Both the position numbers and the translations under genes were made by a program. DNA of 64,000 bases. Origin: Lingula anatina (lineage: Eukaryota > Animalia > Brachiopoda). Shown here in pieces: positions 1 through 12,000 of this stretch. The notes under the pieces are model-generated. The model saw nothing but the letters and a program-made list of their open reading frames with translations, had not been told where the DNA came from and searched no databases. Each line of letters begins with the position of its first letter. Within the stretch, counting starts at the first letter, position 1. The stretch lies in assembly GCA_051362555.1 (NCBI GenBank), contig CM120649.1, forward strand, positions 13,516,001-13,580,000, in the 5' to 3' direction.

Positions 1-314
1 AAAACGGAGGCACACCTGTGACAGCAGCACAGCTGTAAGACATTGTTCTAATTCTTTAACATAAAGTTGTAAAATAGTTTTTGTTTGATATGCATTTTAG
101 TAAGATTTGGTCACGATTGTATGAAGCTTTATAATATAAAGAAAAAAAAACATAACAAATAACAGAACTGAATTAAATTTTATTGTGAATCCTGTAGTGT
201 ATTTCAAACTTCTGGTGATGAAGCTGTTCATGAGTCCTGTTGATGAATAAATGATGAATTTATAACCGATCAGTTTTAATTATGCAGTCTTTTTATTTCA
301 TTTTACTCTATCAG

Positions 315-3300
315 GTACCTGTCTCCGACAAATGGGTTACAGGCAACATCCAAGATGGCTGACAAAGCTCAGGTCATTGCCAGCAGTTCTGTCAGGCAGA
401 CTCCACCAAAAAGATCTCATTCTCTTAATCTCTTTTTTAATAAAGGTGAGGTTTAAATGATGTTTTTTATTTATATGTTCAATAGAATTTTTGACATTTT
501 TTTACATTATTTAAACATCAGTTCCAACTTAGAACTTTAAAGAGAAAAAATGGTTTATTCACTGGACTTGATTCTGATTTTGCCTATTTGTAACTCCAGG
601 TTTTGGTGTATAAGCTTTATATGTGTGAATTATGGTTACGGTAAGATGCCAAACAATTCGACCAAGATTAATTAATTAATTTCATGGAAATGTCAGTTTG
701 GTTGAATTGATTAAAATACAGTAAATGGAAACCTTTGATATCGTCGGATTGTTAGGGGCATCTGCCAAAACGTCCATCTTTCCGGAAGTATTGCATTTTA
801 CCGGAAGTGTTACGCAAGATAAGCCGCAATTTTCGCCTAACACGTGTTTCGGGCATGTTTTATCCTCCTGAAATCTTATTTTGCTGTGTACAATATGTGC
901 TAACATTACTTAACATTAAAAAAGACGACAATTATAATTTTTAATTATATATTTCCCTCACCTACGATCACTTTCATGATGCGCTTCACAAGTGGGACGA
1001 GTATTTCCCCGGAGACAGGTGTTGTAAACAAAGGCCGATCACTTATATTTGAAACCGGTAGCTTTAGTGGACTTAAACTAGTTATGTGATTTACGTACGC
1101 CCTATTTGAATTTTAATATGACAACTGAAATCAACCTAATTGAAATTTTTTACCAGTCTGAGATCAGTTGTTTTCAACCCTCAAGGCTTGCTCAGCGTCG
1201 AGGCGTAGACGTACGTACTTCCGAAGAAAATTCAATCACCCGCATCAAAGAATACCAACTGATACTCAAACAGAAATCAGTGTAACTTCAAATTACTATT
1301 AAGTATTTTATTTAAAAAGCATGTCATATAAAAACATATTGAGAAAAGGCAAAATACGAGCGTACCTGTGCCGATAGACATACAGTATCTTGCTTGCACT
1401 CTTCCGATTTTCTTACTTATATACTCCCGCTGTGCACAAACCACGGTGCATATTGAAAACCCCACTGATACAACCCGAAGGTAAAAAAGCATTTACTTGC
1501 CATAATTTTCACAAAACAGGTGCATTTATAATTTGACGTGAGAATTGAGCACATGCAGAAATGAGAGACTGGTTTTAGCTGGCCTGCTCCAGCATAGCGC
1601 AAACCACATGTTAATGAAGACGGTCCCATTTTGGGGGAGGGGGGTCACAGGAATGGAGTTCGTCGTGGATTACGCTAAATATTATCAACATTTCATGCAT
1701 CTGGGGAAATAGAAAGTGACTCACAGGTAACGTAAATACCCAGTGGAACTCTCTATGAAGCTCCCATGGAGTTAAGGAAGACGTCATTTTTATTGTTGGC
1801 AAATCAGTTATCCATGTAGGTGAACAGTGACACGTGTTCGTCAGATTTTGACAGCGCGTGGTATTTGGCGCCAAGAAGTCTGGGCGGTCGATCCCGCTGA
1901 TCTTTCCGTCGATTGTAGTAAATGTAAGATCTTGCGGTGTTGACTTCAAGAACGTTTCCCCATCTGCATATATATTTCAATCGAACTTGAAAATAAATTG
2001 CTTATTCTTCCCAAACTTTTTATTGCTAGCAAACGCGATATATGGTCTATATGAAGGTGTTAACGACGTATTCTACCCACTGTCGATATTTGGTTTCATC
2101 CAGAATAGACCTTTTTTTTAAACCCCCCCCTCCCCAGTTACGGGCGTGATGAATCAGTTAGCGAGGGCAAGTCTGCTTAATTAGCAAAGTTTGTATGTCT
2201 ATAAGCACTATTATTGTCATCGGGGACAAAGGAAAAACAGGTACGTCATGCTTCCAGATTAGATCTTCAGTTAATTGTTTCTTCCTCATTGATGAGAGCT
2301 ATTGAAAGGACAACAATTGACAAAGGGCCGAGGCATGCAGCATCTATTTCACTGGCTTGAAAATTTACCGAGTCTTGTCGACGATGTGGTCGAACAATCG
2401 GAACAAGAAAAAAATTCTGTCCCATGATTTTGACGTATGGACTAATTGTTTGAGCCCAGAAAAATTAATTTTATAAAATAATTTTTGTGGTCGGATTGAC
2501 TGGGCCCGTCGAAATGCTTGGCACATTACCGTAAATTCTATTTGTCCTTCAAAATACTGTATGTCCTGTGGTATATTTCAGTGTCCAGACTGGCTTATCA
2601 TCGCCTTCAAGATCTGTGCACATTGCTTGCCATACCTAAAGATATGGTAAGGGGAACCAGTAAAGCTCTAGAGTGCAAAGCAATCTGTTCATGGCATTTT
2701 ATGACCTTTTATAAGCACTTGTTAAAAAAGTGGGATAACAGATGCAAAGACTGAGTACACGTGAACTGCTTAGGACAAACGTGTCATAAACATCAAGTTG
2801 ATATGTGAAGGAATTTGAGACTAGAAATAGTGTTATGGCCATATGTCATGAATATGTGTGAACACAATCCTGTATGCACATTTTGTTAAATGATATAGAA
2901 AACCTGTATTGAAAGCTATACATTTTTTTTGGAAATAGCCTATTTTTGGCTTGTATTATTTGGGGTTGATTAATATTAATTTGATTGCTGGGTATACTGC
3001 CTGTCAGGATGAAGAAAATGCAGACTAAATGTTGGGATACAACACAGTATTGTTAGTCTTGGTAGAAGTAAATGGAATCCAGACAAAAATGTAATTGGGT
3101 TTTTGTTTTTTAACCTCCAGCAACTGAAGATCTGGACATGTTTGGAACACTGTATCACAAGGAAGCCAGATCTTCTCAGAGACAGACACTTGGACCAGGC
3201 AAGTGCTGCCATCTATCCTGTTTTTGTAGCAGTTCTTTTGTGTTAATTGACTTACTCTCTAAGTTGTTTCATATCAGAACAGTTTTGTCATATCTAATTT

Positions 3301-6300
3301 TTTTATCAGCAGATATCATTGAATAAGCTTACAGTGAAGCAGTAATATTGGAAAGAAACGAAGAAACCGTTTACAGTAACGCAATATGTTTTGATATATT
3401 TGCTGATTTAGATCATGCTCGGAAGCATTTAAACATTAGGCGGTGTGACCTGGCTCTATGCATTGGCAGTTTTAAAAAATTATGGTAAAATTTGAATGAA
3501 AATCTTTCAGGTGATGCTGTGCTCTGTCTATGCAATCCACAAAGTGATCTCAACTGACACGGAGCTCAAGTTTAAAACCATTGTACATATGTACAAGTCA
3601 ATGCCCCATGCCACACAAGAGGTAGGCAGAGTGTGTTAGTTGTGACTAATGACTAGATGAATGTGTTGGTTGTGACAGATGGCTGTGTGAATGTTTTATT
3701 TGTTACAATTGTTCTGTTGAATGGAAAATGATGTTTTAAGTACATTAGTTGTAACATTTGACATTCTTTGTTTTTGTGGTGTGTTACAAGTGTTTTTTGT
3801 CACAGTTGATATTGCATCTATATAAAACTGTGTCAGTAATTTTAGCCTTGTCTTCAGGTATTCAAGAACACTCTCATCTCAGGAAATGAGTACGATTCCA
3901 TCATTGGGTTCTACAACCGTGTGTTCATGCAGGCAACCAAGAATGTGATCCTTCAGTTTAGTCCCTCCAGGTCTAGCAATGTAAGTGTATGTGATCCTTC
4001 AGTTTAGTCCCTCCAGGTCCAGCAATATAAGTGTATATGATCCTTCAGTTTAGTCCCTCCAGGTCCAGCAATATAAGTGTATATGATCCTTCAGTTTAGT
4101 CCCTCCAGGTCCAGCAATATAAGTGTATATGATCCTTCAGTTTAGTCCCTCCAGGTCCAGCAATATAAGTGTATATGATCCTTCAGTTTAGTCCCTCCAG
4201 GTCCAGCAATATAAGTGTATATGATCCTTCAGTTTAGTCCCTCCAGGTCCAGCAATATAAGTGAATCTGATCTTTCAGTTCAGACACTTGAAAAACATAT
4301 TGTTTTTCGAAATAATATTATATTGTGATTGCTAACTCTTTATATATTTTACAACAAAGTAAAAGGCAGAGTGAAGAATAGGGAACAGGCCTGGTATTGC
4401 ACATTTTTTTGTAATTAAATTGCTTTGGTAAATAGAAAGTTAAGTACTTGGGTCATGATATTTAGTAAAACTCTCTAAATAAAATGCTCAGATGTTTCAA
4501 AGAATGATGAGTTTGGGATAACATATTTCAGCTCTTAACTTGGAAATAATTATATTTCAGCCTGGGTCATTGACTTTATCCCCAGTGCCAAAGAATATCC
4601 AGTCTCCTCTCACTGCTTCCCCTGTCTACAGGTAAGTGGCATAAAGAAGTCATGATCCTGGGTGTGTTGACAGTGCCAGGAGATTGTGTTAGCTGTGGTG
4701 GACAATTGTATTGGGTGTGACAAAAGAAGCTGTCAGTTGTGACAGATAATTGTGTTGGGTATGACAGATTGTGGCAACTGTGATAGTTGATTGTGTTAGG
4801 TGTGACATATTATTGTGTTTGGAATTTCATGATTTTGATTGTAAGTAATTTTGTAAGAATTATATATGTATATTGTTGTATTATATATCTGTTCCAGTGT
4901 CCCAGGCAGGAAAAACTTCTATGTGTCCCCCCTTAAGAGCCCTACCTTTAAGGCCCCCATCTCCCCCAGTCAGATGACCCCCAGGACCCGGCAGCTGTAC
5001 AGTTTTGGAGAGGGATTTGGGGTATGCTGAACTAGGCATTTCATACCTGCTAGAGTTAAATATCCAGTGGGGTTGTGAAAACTTGGCTAAGTACTATGTA
5101 ATATCTCAGTAAACAGTGTTGTTATTAATTTCATAAACAAAATATGGTATTGTGGGTCTCTGATTTCTTTACTACTGCTGTAGTTGAAAGGGCATATAAA
5201 AGCTTCTCAGGCTTTTGTTGTTTTAAGGAGCATTTCTAGTAACTGTGGTGGCTTGACTGGAAATATCCATTTAAAGAACAAAACTCTAATGATAATCTCA
5301 GTAGACAGTGACATAATAATCTCAAACATAGTAAACCTAGTTGATATAATTATAAGTCTGCAAATTCTATAGTAATGAATATTTTTTACAATTTTTTAGC
5401 TCAACAATCTTAGAATCATTATGCTGACAATGTCATGCTTTGTTTTATTAATCACATCACCTTTTTCACGCCCAGTCCTCTGAGAAATTGAAGTCCATCA
5501 ATGATACCCTAAGGGCCATGAAGCGCACCTCCCCCACAGCTGTCACCCCCAAGAGCCAGAAGAGACTACGCTTTGACCAGCCTGACCAGGATCGGAGGTA
5601 CAGAGGATGTTTGAGGGGAAATCAAGAGTGCTTAAAGGATTAAATTTATATATATTTAAGTGAGAGATGATCATCATTTAATTTGAAACTGGGGCCACTT
5701 TAACACAGAATTTGATTCAGCTAAATTACTTACAAAAATTCAATTTCTTGCAGAAAAATAGGAAAAAAGAGTTGAATCAAAAGCATTATGTTTGCTAATG
5801 ATTATTAATAATAATAATAAACCAAAAAAATAAATAATTTTAAAAATATATATGAGACAAAAGATTTGGCACTTAAAATACAGTTAGTATTTTTGAACTC
5901 TTAACTGTAGTATCTGTCATCCCTTTTTATTTTTGCATGCGACATTTCATTTATTTAATTTTCTTTTTCATAGTTCCGCTAACAACTTTGAGGAAGAGCG
6001 TATTGTAGTGATAAGGACATCTGGGAATCCTGACTTTACCACTAACTCAAACACAGCAGAGACCACAAGGTAAAATATTTGTATTGAATACCATTTCAGC
6101 ATCCCAGTGATGATTTACTTGTAAGAGGGAATGTTAAAATGCCTCAGATTTGAACAAAAAACAGGTGGTGTTTTTAAAGATAGCAAAATAGGAAGAAAGC
6201 ATGCAATGGGTTATATTTTAAGTTTGTGAAAATGAAATAATTCCTAACTCAATGTTGTCAGTGTTTCCCAAATTTTTACTTTCACTTTCTCTGTAAGGCT

Positions 6301-6422
6301 AATTTTTTTCTGACATCCTCGTCTATTATGAACTACATTGTGAGAGAATATTGACCCAAATAAATTAAATAGATTGACTATTTTTCTTCTCCAGCAACCA
6401 AGAAACTTCACAGTCGAAGTAG
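315..6422 (+). CDS. RB1: Retinoblastoma-associated protein (pRb), 3' part; 5' exons lie upstream of the window. Exons 315-445, 2582-2646, 3121-3198, 3511-3621, 3858-3980, 4561-4631, 4898-5021, 5476-5597, 5974-6069, 6395-6422
   Basis: Spliced frame reads YLSP...SLNLFFNKVSRLAYHRLQDLC, KIWTCLEHCI...LLRDRHLDQVMLCSVYAIHKV...LKFKTIV, EYDSIIGFYNRVFMQ, NFYVSPLKSP...MTPRTRQLYSFGEGFGSSEKL...KRLRFD. This matches the pocket B-box and C-terminal domain of RB1. Exon phases are consistent and TAG is at 6420-6422. Confidence 0.95.
1614..1753. mobile_element. Short dispersed repeat (MITE-like), related to 16406-16713
   Basis: Shares GACGGTCCCATT-G-run-TCACAG at the left and CACRGGTAACG..AAATACCCARTGGAAC at the right with the copy at 16.4-16.7 kb. 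Confidence 0.5.
3945..4280 (+). repeat. 46-bp minisatellite (7 full copies plus a partial) made from the RB1 exon end and splice donor
   Basis: Unit RTGATCCTTCAGTTTAGTCCCTCCAGGTCYAGCAATRTAAGTGTAT starting at 3945, 3991, 4037, 4083, 4129, 4175 and 4221. Confidence 0.95.
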
Positions 6423-7562
6423 CACCATGAAGTAAAGTGAAGATGAGTTACTGCTCAGCCACATCAAAAATAATTCCATTCCTCATATCAATGAATATGT
6501 AAAATGGCACAAACAATGGCCATAACATTGGGTCAAAGTCATACCAGCAATGTTAACATTAATGTAAGGCAGAAATTAATCCCATGGGAAGTTGTGAGAT
6601 TTTTTGAAGGTTCAACTGAGAAGTTGGAATTAGGCTGGAAATTGTAGGCAGAAAACAGTTATTTGAAGATGAAGATATTTGTCATTATTTGAAACATATC
6701 TGTTCTGGTTAATGTAAATTTGGTAACAATCTTACTAATAAGAAAGTGGAATGTGTTATATTGTTATGTATTTGGAGCGTTGTTTGTTGTAAAAGAGTCT
6801 GATAATATATTGCAGAAATTTTTAACTTTTCATCGCAAATGTTGTCCTTGATAGAATAATTCTTCATTACCTGACTGTTGGAAGTTGTTTTATTTAATAT
6901 TTTAAGCCTGCTCGATTTATAATGAACAGATTTTTGAAAAAGGTTAAACTTAGAAATGAAAGCGCATAGAAAGTTATCAAGCAAAAATATGAACTGAATA
7001 GTTGCTTGAAAAATATTTTTTTCTTTATACTATGTTTTGTGTTGTCAAAGAGATACAATTTTGTTATGCATTAAAAGTTCATGGCATTTGGATGTCAGCA
7101 TTTTACAGTGTGTATAAGTAACTTGGTGATGTGATGTTGAGATATTCTTGAAGAATACTAGACATTCGTTCATGTTGTTGGGAGACACTTGTTTGCAGGA
7201 AGTTTTTTTTTTATTATTTCAGACGCTTTGAAGATTTCAGACAAAAAGTGTTTTCAAGAAACTTAGTAATGTAATTTTATTCAGGTTACTGTTCCAAATG
7301 TTTTGTTCAATTATGTCTAATTATATTTGTCTATTCGTCCATCGTAAGGACAAAAATACAATTTCTTTGTTATAGCAATGACACGTTTCACAATTTCCAT
7401 TGTGTCTACAGTTGTGATTTTTATTTATTCGTAAAACGAAGAGGTTTCTACAGAAATCCATAGATCTAGTATTCAACATGTGAACATTTCTTTAAATTTT
7501 ACTGTTATTTCTTTTTTACAACAGAAGGTTCTGCGTACCGTCAGTTGAGGCGTTTTTATGTC

Positions 7563-7568
7563 AATAAA
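7563..7568 (+). promoter_or_regulatory. Candidate polyadenylation signal of RB1
   Basis: AATAAA about 1.1 kb after the stop codon, followed by T-rich sequence. Confidence 0.4.
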
Positions 7569-9039
7569 TTACAAAATTTATTATTATTCATTATTGAAGC
7601 TTTTTTTCTATTTGATTGATGTGAAATCGTTGATGCTTAAAACATATCATTTAAGCCGTTTTATTCAAGATATTGTCTTTTAATTTTTATATTATAGCTA
7701 AACCTTTTTCAGAAGCTTGTAGAATTATGTGCGCGAGGACAATTAAAGACGTAGGCTATGTTAACTAACAAACTCACCAGTTTTTTTTTTCTTTTTTATG
7801 AGGCAATAATTGGTGGGATGTTGTATACCTACTGATTACACAAGCCTGGCCCGATCATATTGGCTTTCTTTAAACTGTACAGACCTGAGCTTTCTCCGCG
7901 TTATCGAGGAAGAACGGGATTTGAATTTAATTCTCATTGGCCTTGGGATATATCAATATCTGCAATAATACTGGATGTTTGAGATTGGTGCTGGACCGTC
8001 TTGATTGTCCCTTGTGGAAAATTACTAGCTGCGAAATATGGGTGATAAAATCACTTGGCTCATTAATTATTAAGTAGACATGGAACTTTATAACAGGGCT
8101 ATAAATTACTTGGCCATAGCGTTTAAGTTTACACAGGCTTTCTCACGAATCCTAAATTGCTGCATAAGGTGATATTGCATCAAAACTGACGCAACCAAAA
8201 CAAAAATACCGTTTTACTTGTAAATCTCTAAATTGTAAAGGTGCTTTGCAGAACTTGAGGTCTCAGCTTAGAAAAACAGCCTGATTGAATTAATATTATT
8301 TTGAAATTTTGAAGTTTTTTTGTGCGTTTTACATTTTGCCTTTCAGAAAAAAAAAAATAAAAATGAAAAAATAATAAAATAAATAAATAAATAAAATAAA
8401 ACGCTATACTATATGTATAACTTTGAACTCTTATGGGCTTGAAGCCCCATGTTGTTACTTACTCTGAATGTGCTTGTGAACTTTGGTATAATGTGGAAGT
8501 GATTATGTCGTTAAACATTTTTAAATTGACAAAATAACATTTTAGCGTACTATTTTTTCCTGTTTTATGTCTGCACATTTGACAGCTTTGCTGCCTTGTT
8601 TTAATATATATTATTTGTATAGCCCAAGATCATATCTGGCTGCAGCATACGTTACTTAAACCCTCATCTGTAACACAAATTACGCCTTATCTCGAGGACA
8701 CTTTCAATACTAACATGGCACATGTACAGACATGAAAAAAAAAGTATTCCGATTTCCTGATACAATCACTTTTTTTTCTCAAAAACCAAAATGTTGTGAC
8801 AATTCACTCGTAGTCAAGACTGCCAAAGACGACCAAATCGACGAAAATAAAATCCCTCTCACCCCGACCGCTTCAATTTAATCCACATAACTGTAGTGGT
8901 GCCGTTTGCTATCACATGTTTGACACACTTAACATCACCGCGTCTCCAGATAAGCCGGTCAGTTGACATCCCTCGCCTACATTGAAAAGGCGTGATCTAG
9001 TTTGTCTTGTTGTATTGATTCGCTCTCACTGATTCAGCT

Positions 9040-12000
9040 ATGGCGGGCGAACCACGTAAGTAGACCTTTCTCAGGACATAGCTTAAACAAGACCTTTGTA
9101 GCGATGGTTACGTTGCTGTTCTGCATAACCCTTCCATGCGAAGAGCAGGGAGCGTGTGTGTAGGAGAGCGGGTGGCGGCGTACGAGCCCACGCGGGTGCA
9201 CGTGCTTGTGATCGTTTATGTGGTTTTGGAAAACCGATATAAAAATGCTAAATGTACATGTAATATTCTTGGTACTTTTTATTTATTCATTTATTTTCAA
9301 TTTGTTTGTGCGTATGATGCCTCTAGACTCAAATAATGAGCGGCTGCGCTTTTCTGTTCTGAGAATGGACTTTTTTTTTAGTGATGTTTGGCTTCTGGTG
9401 CGAAGTCGGGTATTTCGACTGAAGTAATTTCTCCTCTGCTTTAAACTTGATTCTGTCTTTTAGGGTCAGTTATGAAGACTGAGGTCATGCATTCGTGTGC
9501 CGATTTTTTGTCCTTAAGGAGGTGAAATCAGTACTAAAAGTGATATTTAAAGATCTTGAATCTTTTGGCAAAGTTTGAAGGCCCTGTGGATCAAAATGTT
9601 AAGAAATTATGTGTGGTTTTATGTAAAGAAACTGGGAAAGAAGGCGACCCATAACGAGTGCCGTTCAAACATATTCCTATACCCTCAGTTCTAATCAGGT
9701 ACAGCTCAAAGTCAGGTGGAAAGGGATTACTTCACGCCCGCTCGTCCAATATTGATATTTTGATAACTTGCCTTTCTGTGTAAACTAGAAACGCTGAATC
9801 AAGAGGTCCGGATTCATGGAGAGATTTCGACTAGGGAAGAGCATTATTACGTCACAGAGCTGCCACGCTCAGATAAGATACAAATCATCTTACGGTACAC
9901 TGTTCCGTATAGGATTTGCTTCTCCTGGTTCAAGTTGTGTTAGCAAGCAGAGCAAATGACCTAGCGGTGAGATAAATTAAGAAGTTTGTCTATTTGATCA
10001 GGGTGTTTAGATATATCTTGATATGGAATATCAACGTGCAATAAAGGTAGACTGCGCGTTAATATATTATGCTAGGAGAGCGGGGAGTGGGTGGTAATGA
10101 TACTTGAAAAACGACAAATCAAGTTTTCGGATCCCCTTTTTTGTTTCCAAGGTCAAATTTAAGACCCATCTCAAATAACACGATAAAGAATTATCATTCC
10201 TTGTAACACAAAGAAAGGATTAAGATATTACTGAAAGCAATCATTCACCATGCCTATATAGGCCCCCTATATATCGTGCCATGAATTAGCCAAAGACATA
10301 CCTGTGAATATCAAGTAAAAATCCATCTATGGCTCTGGTAGAGGGTAAAGTAGAGTGGGTCTAGCGAGTGCAGTATGGAAACGATAAAAAGCTAACAGAA
10401 ATGAATGAGGACAAAATGTGAGAAAGACTAAGCTTAAGTCAACGGTTGGTAAAGTGATTAACAACAAATTGGTAAGTTTAAGGTCATGAACGCATTAATA
10501 TTTAAAAAAATCATGTTTTTTTCGTGTGTGGGATGTCAATTTAGCTGTGTATGATCAGTTCTTTCATATTTATTTTTATGCTACATTTCAAGACGTCATA
10601 GCACTATCATTTCGTGAAAGTAAGTCGATAGATGGCGACACAGGATTCCGACTGGAAAGGGTGCACCTTGCAGATGTGGACAGGCGAAGGGCAGTGTATC
10701 GTGATGAGGGCAACCGGGTAGTCGTATACAGTGATCAACTCGTTGCTCTGGGTATGGGCTTTCTTCTTCTTCTTCTTCTTCTTCTCTCTTTCTCTCTCTC
10801 TCTCTCTCATTATTTGATAGATAAATTAAAAAAATGGATTTGATGATGATAACGACAAGAGTTGAGATTGACTTAAATTTGTTTGATTCTTTTTTATAAC
10901 ATGTTCTACTTTAAGATAATTATATTAAACATGATTGCGGCAGAAGATCGGATTTACTGTACGACTGACCGAGGTTAAAGTGTCGGTTATGGTGTTTTAG
11001 AAAATGATGTTCTGTCCGAGGCTGAGGTGGCGATGAAATTTTCATTCCTTGTGGCTAATCGACAACAAAGCAAGAGATGGCAGGTAATCTGAAATGTTCT
11101 TATATGCAGTGATTTATTTAAAAAATGTCAACCTTGATAACTTTGACGCGCACGTCCACAAACGGTGACAAATTGCGTTAGTTGTTCCCGATTGAGGAGA
11201 GCTAAAAAGCACTGGAAGGTTCATACTGAGCGGCAAGTGGAAGGGGATTTAACACATATAACATGGAAGAATTAAAACGCACTCTTAATAACATCATTGT
11301 TATCTCAGTAATGCATGTTGAATTTTTAAATCTGTTATACTTTTGTCATTTTGTAATCAAAGAGATAAATGATGGTAATATGAAAAAGAATGCTTATAGA
11401 AGACTAATCTGACTATTGCAAATTGGGCATTTTGCTGACTTCTTTTACTGTTTTTATATTCTATGATTAAATTTATATTATTTTCTCACATTCTAGTGCA
11501 TACGGCGCATTTATGTATGGTACTCTGATAGTGCAGACTACGACACGTATAAAAAGAGGGCCGTGGAGATGTTTAATAATATTTTTGACACCATGCCAGC
11601 AGGTGATATAAATAAACGTGTCGTTTAAACCCATCGCTCTAAATCAAAATTGAGGACTATTGCTCTTTTGGGCCGCGGTATTTTATACACATTTATATAT
11701 AACTAGCAGGTTACAAGACCAAAATGCAGACCGCTCTTAGAATGACAGTGATTAAAACATACATTCGGAATAATTTTAAAGATAGATGCTAAAAAAGTAA
11801 GGTCTGATTTAAGTTCATGAAAATTAAATTCTAACCACAATATGCCGATATATATTATTTAGCCTTCATTCTTCATCTGGTTTTTACCATTGAGATTATG
11901 GTCTATTTTATTCAAGTATAATAATGCAGCGTCCCGTTTACCCTCAGATTCAACAAACTACGTCATGAAGGTGCTTGGTCACGTGGAAAGAAACGTCATA

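Noticed and set aside
680-1600. Possible transposon-derived insert in the first RB1 intron of the window (CpG-richer, CCGGAAGT motifs)
   Set aside because: No convincing TIR/TSD pair or coding remnant could be defined by eye.
3945-4280. CRISPR-like array
   Set aside because: Head-to-tail identical units with no unique spacers, in a eukaryotic intron; it is a minisatellite.
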